64,000 bases of DNA, taken from an uncultured delta proteobacterium. GTDB lineage: Bacteria; Desulfobacterota; Binatia; Binatales; Binataceae. This document shows, one piece after another, positions 37,940 to 47,274 of the stretch (the first letter of the stretch is position 1; each line of letters begins with the position of its first letter). Location of the stretch: positions 5,824-69,823 of the forward strand of contig CAVVEB010000019.1 of the NCBI GenBank assembly GCA_963747115.1, written 5' to 3'. The position numbers were made by a program, and so were the translations under genes. The notes below the pieces were generated by a model, which ran no database searches, was not told where the DNA came from, and saw only the letters and a program-made list of their open reading frames with translations.

Positions 37940-38144
37940 TTGTGTCGCGGGCTTTGCGCGTTACCGATTGCTACTCGGTTGCCAAGCGTAGCGCGAGCGC
38001 GGCGTTTCTTAGCGGGTTTGCGACGGCACTGGGTTCGCCAAAGCAACATCAGCTTTGCTTATCATGCTCGCCCGAAGTTCCTGATTACCTTAACGCGATG
38101 CTTCCTCTTTGAACGCCGGCTCGACCAGCTTGAGCCGCGGGCGC

Positions 38145-41100
38145 TTACGCATGCGCAACACCGAGCGCGACCACCACGTCTTCGAGATCGTCGAAGAGCG
38201 AATACGCGACCGGCGTCACAAGCAGCGTGATGAGGAGGCACAGCGTCTGTCCGCCGATGACCACGATCGCGATGCCGCGCTGTTCGCCGGAACCGGCGCC
38301 GCGTCCGAACGCAACCGGAATCATACCGGCGACGAGCGCCGCGGTAGTCATCAGGATCGGGCGCAGCCGGTCTCGCGGTTGCGCCTCCATGATCGCCTTG
38401 CGACGCTCCATTCCCTGATTGCGCAGGTTGATCGTCTGATCGACCTGGAGGATCGAATTCTTTTTGACTATTCCGAACAGCAGCAGAATGCCGAGGATCG
38501 AGAACAGCGACATCTGTTGGTGGAAGACGATCAGCGACAGCAGCGCGAACGGTACCGCCAGCGGCAACGACAGCATGATCGTCACCGGATGGGTGAAGCT
38601 TTCGAACTGCGCCGCCAGCACCATGTACATGAAAACGATCGAGAGCCCGAATGCGATTACGAAGCCGCCGATCATTTCGCTGTACATCTTGCTCTGGCCG
38701 CCGAATGCGGTGGTATAGCCGGGCGGGATATCAACCTTCTTCGAAGCATCGGTAACGGTCTTGATGATCCTGTTCATCTGGGTGCCAGACGCGAGGTTGA
38801 ACACCAATGCGATCTGGCGCTGACGCGATTGCCGATCGATCTCGACCGGTCCAGTGCCGCTCACCAATGCCGCGACGTTATCGAGCCGAACCTGTCCAAC
38901 GGTAGTGGACGGCAGGGTGAGGCTCGATACTACCGCGGGGTCGTTGCGATCTTTGTCGTTAAGTTCAAGCCGCACATCGTAGGTGTCCTGACCCTCGCGG
39001 AAGCGCGTTACGACGTCGCCCTGCACCATGGTACGCATCGTCGCCGCGATATCCGACACCGACACGCCGAGGTCAGCCGCCTTCTGCCGATCGATTTGCA
39101 CCTGAAGTTCGGGCAATCCCGCTTCGTATGTCGAATCGATGTCCAGTACTCCGGGTATGTGTTTCACCTGCTCGCGCATCCCCGCGATGATCGTTGCAGC
39201 TTGTCGAGGTCGGGCCCACGCACATCGTACTCGACGTCGACTTCGCGGAAACCGCCCTGCTCCCATGGTTTGATGTCGTCGACACTAACCCGCATCGCTG
39301 GGAAACCGCGAGACCAGTCTGCGCGCATCCTCCATCACCCGCTGTTGCGAACGCCGGCGCTCGGTGACCGGCGAAATTTCGCGACGATTGCGCGAGCGTC
39401 ACATTATCTGCACCGGTGGTATCGCCGACGGTGTAAAGATGTGTCGGACTTCGGGAATGGTGCGGACCCGCGATTCCATCGCGCGCACCATCGCATCGGT
39501 ATGTTCTAGCGAGTAGCCCGGCGGAGTGCGGAGGTTGACGCGAAATCGCTGGAGTCCTCCGCGGGCATGAAGTTGGCGCCGACGATCTTCGCCGAGCACC
39601 GGGATCATAGCACCAGCGCCCGCGACGCTCGAGAGATCACCCATCGATGGTCGAGCGACCACTCGAGCGCGCGATCGTAGAGGCGATTCGATGGGCCGAA
39701 GAACCACGAATCGCGCGAGGTCCGCTGCCGCCTTCGTGCGCTTCAGGAAGCGCGAGCACAGCATCGGGGTCAGCGTGAACGCGACCAGCAGCGACACCAT
39801 GATCGAGAACGCCATCGTCAGTCCGAAGGTGTTGAGGAAGCGGCCGGTCGACGCTATGGATGAACGCGACCGGAACGAAGATGACTACCAACGAAAGCGT
39901 GGTCGCGCTGACCGCGAGGCCGACTTCGGCGGTCGCGGCTTTCGCTGCCGCCATCGGCGCACATGCGCTTCTCCTCGATGAACCTGAATATATTTTCCAG
40001 CACTACGATCGCATCGTCGATTACGATACCGACCGCGAGCGTGAGCGCGAGCAGCGACAGCGTGTTGAGCGTGAAGCCCATCCACAAAAGCAGCGTGTAG
40101 GTCGAGATGATCGACACCGGAATCGCGACCGCCGCAATCAGGCGTCGAACGCAACGAACCGAGGAAGAAGAACACCACAATCGCGGCGCAGATGCCGCCC
40201 AGCACCAGATGCTCCTGCACCGTATGCACCGATTCGCGGATGTACTGCGACGAATCGCGCGAGGCGATCACTTTCACGCCCGGCGGCAGCGCGGGTTCGA
40301 TCGCGTGCAGCCGCGCGAAGATGTTATCGACCACCTCGATAGTGTTGGTGCCCGATTGCTTGCGAATCACCAGCGAGACCGCGTTCAGCCCGTCCCATCG
40401 CGAGAGCGAGCGCGGCTCCTTGATCCGTCTCTCGACGGTGGCCACATCGCTAACCAGAACCGGTTTGTTGTTCTGCTCGCTGACGATGATTTTGGCGAAG
40501 TCGGGCACCTCGATGATGCGTCCGAGCGTGCGCAGGACATTCTCCGAGAGCCCCTGCTTCATGTGGCCGCCGGGATATTCGACGTTCTGGCCTTGCAGCG
40601 CGGTCGAAACCTGCTGCACCGAAAGCCCGGTCGCACGCAGCCGATTCGGATCGACGAGGACATGCACTTCGCGCTCGCGGCCGCCGACGATCTCGATCGA
40701 TCCGACTCCATCGACCGATTCGAGCGGCTCTTTGATCATGCGCCGCCCGATCTCGGTCAGCTCCTTCATCGATTGGAAGCCGGTCACAGTGAAGGTCAGG
40801 ATCGGCAGCGAGTCCATGTCCCATCGCGCGACCAGCGGCGGCTTGGTTCCCTCGGGCAACTGGTCGAGCACGGTGGAAATTTTGTCGCGGACATCCTGCA
40901 CGCCGGCGTTGATGTCGCGGTCGAGCTTGAACTCGACCATGATGCGCGACACGCCTTCCAGCGTGACCGAGCGCAACTCATCGATGCCGGTGACGGTGTT
41001 GATGACTTCCTCGAGCGGCTTGGTGACGCGCGCCTCGGTCTCCTCGGGCGCGGCGCCCGGCAGGTAGGTCTGGACGATCACCATCGGCATGTCGACCTTG

Positions 41101-41212
41101 GGATAGAGGTCGACGCCGAGGCGCATTAGGAAAACCATCCGAGCACCACCAGCACGCCGACGAACATGGTGGCGAAGACGGGCCGCCGCACGCATAGGTC
41201 CGCGAGGATCAC
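38145..41212 (-). pseudogene. RND efflux transporter permease, heavily frameshifted
   Basis: AcrB-like sequence is spread over ORFs 41126..41395, 39885..41195, 39854..40180, 39637..39954, 39399..39815, 39073..39402 and 38145..39266 in changing frames. The GTG start at 41212 follows AAGGAG. Confidence 0.85.
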
Positions 41213-41228
41213 GACTGCTCCTTTCCTA

Positions 41229-42304
41229 CTACCGCGGCCCGTCGGCGAGGCGATCGACATCGCTGGTGACGACCTGCTCGCCGGCCTTGAGCCCGCTGAT
41301 AATTTCGATGTTGTCGCCTTCCATCGTACCGGTGATGACTTCGCGCGAGCGCACCGCGCCGTCTTTGAAAACGAACACGCGCGCGACGCCCGCATAGCGC
41401 AGAATCGCAGAGTTCGGGATGAACAGCGCGCGGTCGTGGCCGAGGTCGATGGTCACATGCGCGAAGTAGCCGGGTTTCAGAATAGCCGTCGGGATTGGGC
41501 ACCTCGGCCTCGACCAGAAGCGTGCGGCTGTTGTCATCGAGCGCGGGCGCGATGCGGGTCACCTGGCCATGGAAAACCTTATCGGGACGCGCATCGATGG
41601 TGAGGTCGAGCCGCAGCCCGAGCTTCGCCATCGGCACAAAGCGCTCGGGAATCGGCGCGCGCAACTTGATGGGATCGGTCGCGATTAGCTCATAGAGCGG
41701 CATCCCTTCGCCGACGTGCTCGCCGAGCGAGACGGTGCGGCGCTGAACCCATCCGCAAACGGCGCGCGAATGTAGGTATCGCCGAGCTTCTTGCGCGCGA
41801 TGCCGAGCTGCTTCTCGGCCGCATCGGCATCGGCCTGCGCGACCCGCATTTCGGCGGAGGTCTGATCAAACTGTTGCGCGCAACCAGATGTTGGCGGTTG
41901 AGCTCGCTTCATGCGCTGGAAATTCGCTTGCGCATTCGCCAGCCGCGCCTGCACCTGCTCGAGTTGAGCCTGCGCGGAATCGAGTCGAAGCTGATATTCG
42001 CGCGGATCGATTTGCGCGAGGACCTGGCCGACCTTCACCTGGTCGCCCATGTCGGAGTAAACTGAACGCCAGCGCCCCGCGACCTCGGAGGCGAGAACCG
42101 CTTTTTCCTTCGGGAAGAGCGCGCCTTGCGCCTGCGCGGTGCGCATCAGGTCCTGTTGATGCGCCGGTCGCAATCGCGACGACGATCCGGTCGGAATCGG
42201 CCGGGGAATTCGAGGCCTTAGCGGGCGCGGGGCCATTGCATGCGCTCGCGAGGAGTCCGGATGCGCGCAGCAATCGCCATGAGAAGGCGATACTTCATTT
42301 GCAT
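41229..42304 (-). pseudogene. RND periplasmic adaptor (MFP), multiply frameshifted
   Basis: The lipobox LLASAC, the coiled coil (QLRLDSAQAQLEQVQARLANAQANFQR) and beta-barrel parts (KVFHGQVTRIAP; FAHVTIDLG...VFVFKDGAVRSREV) are found in at least 4 different ORFs/frames. Confidence 0.75.
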
Positions 42305-42940
42305 GTGCCGCTCCGGATGCAGTCCGCGGACACCATGGAGGAACAGATCGATGACCGCTTCGGCATCGTCTTCGGCCGGAGCATCGGTGAGCAGGAGCAG
42401 CGGCGTCGAACGGAGCGGTCATCATTTCGGCAAGCATGAGTGCGGCCAACTGCGGATCCAGCGCGCGAATCGCGCCGTTGTCGGCCGCCGATCGAGCACG
42501 CAGGCGAAATAATCGACCCATTCGAGATAGACCTTGCGCAACTCCTCGCCGCGTCGGTCGCAGGGCTCGTAGCTGACGAAGCGCGAATCCAAAATAAGTG
42601 CCTTGAAAAAGTCTTCGTGTGACTTCTGGGTTGTGAACATGCTGCGGATCAGACTGGCGATACGCTCGATCGGTTGGCGACTCGCGTCGTCGCGTCGAAT
42701 GAGTTCGCGAGTAAGGTCGCGGATACCCACGACCACGGCCGAATGCAGAAGCTCGTCCTTACCCTTCGGGAAATAAAGATAGATGGTGCCCTTGGCGATT
42801 CGGGCCTCGTCGGCGACGCGATCGATGGTGGTGCCCTCGAAGCCAAAACGCCCGATCACGCGTCGGGCAGCCTCGAGGATCTCGCTGACTCGGTAAATCT
42901 TTAGGACTTCTTCTTTGGTCATGACTGTTCGTTCAGTCAA
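42300..42940 (-). pseudogene. TetR/AcrR-family regulator, frameshifted in the C-terminal domain
   Basis: The N-terminal HTH is intact (EGTTIDRVADEARIAKGTIYLYFPKGKDEL). After ...YLEWVDYFACVLD the natural continuation (SAADNGAIRALDPQLAALMLAEMM) is in the frame of ORF 41685..42521. A second shift follows. Confidence 0.7.
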
Positions 42941-43163
42941 CTGAGCGTACGTTCAGTCTGGCACTATAAGATAGGTAACGCAAGGGAAATCCGCTGTGCT
43001 GGTGCCCCACCGGATATTTGTCAATCTTGACCGAACTGCTTGCATTACGGGGTCGTAGTTGGGGTACCAAAAGGCTTAATCCGAGGCCAGAAACCGAAAA
43101 TTCCGGTTAACTTGATCGGCACAATTTGTCGCTTGGCGGTCTTCCTATCGGAGGGGGAAACTG

Positions 43164-44056
43164 ATGAAGCCGTCTCGGGATAGATTCCGGTCCAAATACG
43201 CATAACCTGGGCTCTTGGCGCGGCTTCGTTGGCAATATTTGCGATTGTCGTACCAGCGACTGAGTCCGCCGCAACATCCGGCGTCTGGATTCCGCTGAAT
43301 AATCAGCCGTCCGCATCCTCCCCCATATTCTATCCAGGTAGCGTATTTCTGCTCACCGACGGCACCGTTTTAGCCCAGGATGGGGACACGGTTGACCTGA
43401 CGACCTCGGGTTTCGAGCTTGACGTGGTCCGCGGAAAAATTCGGCCACGGCTATGTCAAAGCACTCTCGGTCACGAATCATCAGACCGTCGCGATCTCAC
43501 TCAGTGAAAGCATCAGCGGAACCAACGCTGCCGACTTTGCCGTAACGGGAGGGGCCTGCACCTCAACGCTCGGAGCCAAGGGCGCTTGCACGATCGTCGT
43601 GACCTTCACGCCGGGCGCTCTCGGAACAGAATCGGCGTCGCTGTCGGTCTCTGACAGTCCCGATTCCTCGAGCCCGCACGCAGCTACGCTCAGCACCGGG
43701 ACAACGATCCCGGCAACGGTCGCGCCGAGCGCGCTCGCATATGGGACGCTGACGGCCAGCGCCCCATCGAAGACTAAGAACGTGACAGTCACGAACCTGT
43801 CAGGATTTCCGCTACCCTTAAACGAGAGCTTCAGCGGAAGCAATGCGAATGACTTCGCAGTGACCGGCGGAACTTGCGGTGCTACCGCATCGCCCAACTC
43901 GAGCTGCACATATCCGTAACCTTCACGCCCACGGCAGGCGGTGGCGTATCGGAGAGTGCGAGCCTCGCGGTGAGTATCGGGACCGATCCGACCAGCCCGC
44001 ATAACATCAGCCTCACGGGGACCGGCCCCTCTAGTGGCGCGCGAAATAGGCAGTAA
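43164..44056 (+). pseudogene. chimeric/deleted remnant: Kelch-protein N-terminus fused to choice-of-anchor-D repeats paralogous to 32502..33100
   Basis: The ATG at 43164 (after GGAGGGGG) gives MKPSRDRFRSKYA-stop. The signal peptide plus WIPLNNQP...LLTDGTVLAQDG continue in another frame. From about 43420 two repeats are colinear with the C-terminus of the 32502..35267 protein, with a frameshift near 43915. Confidence 0.7.
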
Positions 44057-44081
44057 ACGGCGGGATCGATCCCGCCGTTTA
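44054..44081 (+). terminator. perfect 28-nt palindrome after the pseudogene stop
   Basis: TAAACGGCGGGATC/GATCCCGCCGTTTA. Confidence 0.45.
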
Positions 44082-44099
44082 CCTTTGAAACGCCTTTTC

Positions 44100-44270
44100 G
44101 CCAAGCACGCAGTGGATTTGTGATTCGCTGCGTCCGAAATCAGGTAGCCGAATCAACAGTTAATCCGCGACTTGGACTCGACTTGGACCGTGTTTGCGAC
44201 GCAGTGGATATGGAATTCGCTGCTCCGGGCCCGCGACATGGGCGCGCGCGTCGAGTCGCCGATGTAATGG
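44100..44270 (+). repeat. dispersed intergenic repeat, copy A (long form)
   Basis: GCAGTGGATTTGTGATTCGCTGCG...GAAATCAGGTAGCCGAATCAA...GACTTGGACTCGACTTGGACC...GCAGTGGATATGGAATTCGCTGC. Confidence 0.85.
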
Positions 44271-44275
44271 AGACT

Positions 44276-44914
44276 CTATTGATGCCAGAGATCGCAAAAA
44301 TCAATCTGGTAAACCAGCTTGGCCATTACGGAATAGTCCTCATCGTTGAAACTCACCTGGGAACGGGCGAAGATCGGGCCCCACAGATGAGTATCCACGC
44401 CCACCACCCCGCGAAAGTCATTTGCCGCGACCCCGACATTGAGAGAGGCGGTTTGTTGTGTGCTTTTGAGAGTCAGGTTGGTTGAGTTGAATGCAACCCC
44501 CGCCCACGGCGCGACCGAGCGGAACACCTTACCGCCCGTCGCAAAGTCGTATCCGCCACGCGCTTCGGCGTTCCACTGGTAGAAGCTCAGGTTGTTCTTC
44601 TCGTTGGCGCCGTTCGTGGTAGTAGGGCTCGGGTGGACGGTCGCGGTCACGGTCGGGTTCAGGTTGGTGCGATATAGCATGTCCACGCCGCCGAACCAGG
44701 GGCAGTCGTCGCTCATAATAGTGAAATTGAATCCGCCGCCAATCACCGCTCCGGAACCGTTGAACGAGACAGTCTGGTTGGTCGTGCGGTTGGTTAGTTC
44801 CAGATCAAAAGTTGCTCCTCCGGCCGTGAACACGGGCGTAAAGAAAAGCATCGTGCGGTTGAACAGATGAACTGGCGGCATCCCGAACGGTATATCGACT
44901 GCGCCCTCGTTCAT
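44276..44914 (-). CDS. outer-membrane beta-barrel-like hypothetical protein (C-terminal part of a split gene?)
   Basis: 212-aa ORF with alternating beta pattern and a ...AKLVYQIDF beta-signal-like motif 6 residues before the stop. It has no signal peptide of its own. The start overlaps the upstream ORF stop (ATGA). Confidence 0.5.
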   Translation of the reverse strand: MNEGAVDIPFGMPPVHLFNRTMLFFTPVFTAGGATFDLELTNRTTNQTVSFNGSGAVIGGGFNFTIMSDDCPWFGGVDMLYRTNLNPTVTATVHPSPTTTNGANEKNNLSFYQWNAEARGGYDFATGGKVFRSVAPWAGVAFNSTNLTLKSTQQTASLNVGVAANDFRGVVGVDTHLWGPIFARSQVSFNDEDYSVMAKLVYQIDFCDLWHQ

Positions 44915-45381
44915 GTTGAAGGTCGTGTCGGGTTCGTTGTGACCAGTTGCCAGAGGTCGGTCTTGCCTCCGGAGGTGATCTGGACCTCGGTGATCTTCAT
45001 ATGATGGAAATAGTCGCCGTCAAATCGTGGCGCGAAGCCGACGCTGCCGAATCCCGACGGATTTTGCACCAGCGGTGCGCTCGGCATGACCGGTATCTCG
45101 AAGCTGCCGCCTTGAGCCGGAGGTGTCTGAGTCACCGGGATCGGCGCGTAGTCGTAGTTTTTGGTTGTCACCGTAACCGGCTGATCGGGAATCAAATCGA
45201 CTTTGACATGGCCGGTCGTGTCAGTCTTGACGGTCTGGGTCTTGTCGGCCTGCTTCAGGATAATGGTACATTCTGTGGGCTGCCCATTGAGCTGAAGATC
45301 AGTCACTACCGCTCCGGCCGAGATCGGGACGAGCAGAGCGGAGCATACTATCAGCCAGCTAAGACCGGATCGCGCCTTCAT
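44911..45381 (-). CDS. secreted hypothetical protein (CarbopepD_reg-like beta-sandwich N-terminus)
   Basis: 156-aa ORF with signal peptide MKARSGLSWLIVCSALLVPISAGA, then a small beta-sandwich-like segment. Confidence 0.5.
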   Translation of the reverse strand: MKARSGLSWLIVCSALLVPISAGAVVTDLQLNGQPTECTIILKQADKTQTVKTDTTGHVKVDLIPDQPVTVTTKNYDYAPIPVTQTPPAQGGSFEIPVMPSAPLVQNPSGFGSVGFAPRFDGDYFHHMKITEVQITSGGKTDLWQLVTTNPTRPST

Positions 45382-46132
45382 TCTTCTTCCTCCGAATGAA
45401 ACAAATTCCGATAGCGCGCTTGACTACCAGACTCTCATGCTGTTGCGCGACTCCTGCGTCTTGCCTGCGCGTGCAGCTAGGTTGGCAAGAGCTCCGTCCG
45501 AAAGGACCGACCGTAAGGCAACGCCTTTAATAAGCTCTCGATCGCGTCTTTGCACGTTGGATTGAGCGAACCGAGCGAAATGCCGCCTGGACAAACCGGC
45601 TGATTCGAAATCGACTCCGCTGCCTCATAATCTCTTCCGCCCAAAAGCGAGCTAGGACAGTTTAAAGCCCCCGTCGGACTCCGCGCAGTATCACTCTGGC
45701 TCAAGCGATTCGGTGATGGGCAAATTGTGTGGCAGCAAGAGCGGTGCCGTCGCCTCAAAAGACATTCCCGAGAACTTGTCGGGTAGTTGATGAGAGGAGC
45801 CGATGCAGGGCGATTCAGCGACGGTGCGAAACGAAACAGTGTGAGTCCTTCGGATGCATTGTTTAACTTGTTCTACTTGTGTTCGCGACTCAAAATGTCC
45901 ACTTGATTCCGCGCTCTTTTTCTGTTTCCGGACTCGGCAGAAAAGTTGCATGGAACGGTGTCGGCCTAAGGCATGGTGTCGCCTCCTGTGCGTCTGAATT
46001 TCGATGTGCTGGGCCCCGGCGGCGAACAGGGAATCGGGTTAGGGAGTGATCAGCTCAAGAGACGCCCCTGAGTAGATCCCTGATTTTTCAGGGGCCAGCA
46101 AGCATCGCAACCAATAAACAAGGAGGAGTGAG

Positions 46133-46657
46133 ATGAAAAAAATCACGGGCTTGAGAACGAGTCTAGGCTTGGCGTCGATGGTTGTTACAGTCGGCTACTT
46201 CGTCCTGGTAGGGATTGCGAGTGCGCAAGGGCCGGCAGTGAGCGCCGGGCTAAATCGAGACTTGCAGAACGCGCAGGAGCGAGTTGCAATTCAGGCCTTG
46301 CAGAGCGCCCCCGCCGCGAACGCGCAAACTTCAGCAGGCCAACAAATCGGGGTTGACATACTGTTCCCCAGAATAAGCGTCGACAACATCATGTTCGTGG
46401 AACTCCAGTCGGAGGACGTTCCGGTGGCAAATCAGCGTTTCCACCAAGCCGGAACCTGGGCAGAACATCTCGCAATTAAAGATAGTGCAAATCGTACCGT
46501 TAGCTCGACATTTCTTCCGGGAGACGGCCTTCAAGGAGGACACGTCTACGACGTCATTATCTACGGCGCCGCGGGAGACAAACATCTAGTCGGTCGGATC
46601 AAGGTCGTCGCAAGTGCAAGTCCGGAAGTCTTCCGGTTTGAAGGAGCGGGGTTTTGA
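46133..46657 (+). CDS. secreted hypothetical protein
   Basis: AAGGAGGAG lies 5 nt upstream of the ATG. Signal peptide ...VLVGIASAQG. No homology recognised. Confidence 0.6.
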   Translation: MKKITGLRTSLGLASMVVTVGYFVLVGIASAQGPAVSAGLNRDLQNAQERVAIQALQSAPAANAQTSAGQQIGVDILFPRISVDNIMFVELQSEDVPVANQRFHQAGTWAEHLAIKDSANRTVSSTFLPGDGLQGGHVYDVIIYGAAGDKHLVGRIKVVASASPEVFRFEGAGF

Positions 46658-46701
46658 CTCCCGTGTCGTGGATCATCGCGGCTACTTGGAACGTATCCCT
46701 A

Positions 46702-46813
46702 GTCCGGCGCGTCAACTTGAATGAACAGACAAAGTCGAGCCAAAGTCGTCACCTAATATTCGTTGATTTGGCTAGTTGATTCGGGGCGCTGTGGAGTGAT
46801 CATTCGCCGCGTC
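46702..46813 (-). repeat. dispersed intergenic repeat, copy E
   Basis: Very similar to copy F at 60664-60773: about 14 substitutions and one 3-nt indel over ~112 nt by hand alignment. Confidence 0.85.
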
Positions 46814-46880
46814 TAGACGATCAGGAGCTCTAAAATCGAGCGATAGTGTGTAAGAAGCAAGTGCCTCTTCGCATATCTGC

Positions 46881-46935
46881 CGGAGGGGGTGGGATTTGAA
46901 CCCAGGAGGGACTTTCATCCCTGCCGGTTTTCAAG
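46881..46935 (-). pseudogene. tRNA-Ser(UGA) 3'-half fragment (anticodon loop to 3' end)
   Basis: The minus strand reads CTTGAAAACCGG-CAGGGATGAAAGTCCCTC-CTGGGTTCAAATCCCAC-CCCCTCCG. This corresponds to anticodon loop + 3' anticodon stem, long variable arm, T-arm and 3' acceptor strand. There is no D-arm, and the sequence 5' of the loop (TCGAA) cannot pair with ACCGG. Confidence 0.6.
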
Positions 46936-47274
46936 TTCGAAGGGATACCCTCCGCCCTTATCCACACTGAGTGATTACGCGCCCTAATCAGTTCGTCACA
47001 GAGCATATCACTCGCCCGCATTCATGCCTTGGTGGTCAAGGTGGTGGTCAGCCTCGCAAGCGCGTAGAGGCGCCGATGTAATTCTCGCTGTCTTGAGATT
47101 GCAACAGACCTAACGAGCAGTCGCTGTATCCAGACGACCCAGCGGCTGAGAAAAGTGACTCCCTAAGAACCTGCTTTCCATTTTGGAAGGTTGAGTGAAG
47201 TCTTTCTGCTCGATGAGCAGACGGCACGCCTTGTGCTGAGAACGTTTGTCGATAGAGGCGAAGGAGAGGGCATT

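Noticed and set aside
38109-41129. Plus-strand ORFs of 466 aa (38109..39509) and 340 aa (40107..41129)
   Set aside because: They are antisense to the clearly AcrB-like (though frameshifted) minus-strand sequence. Their translations are Arg/His/Asp-rich with no domain pattern.
45785-45845. Hammerhead-ribozyme-like core (TTGATGAG ... CGAAAC)
   Set aside because: The first core position is U rather than C, and the intervening 42 nt cannot form a stem II. No plausible stems I/III or cleavage triplet were found.
46881-46990. Complete tRNA, tRNA-Sec or tmRNA at this locus
   Set aside because: The anticodon loop reads UGA (Ser), not UCA. There is no D-arm. The upstream GGAGGGT could mimic an acceptor 5' strand, but it leaves only ~12 nt before the anticodon loop. 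No tmRNA-like 5' GGGG..., tag ORF or pseudoknots are present.
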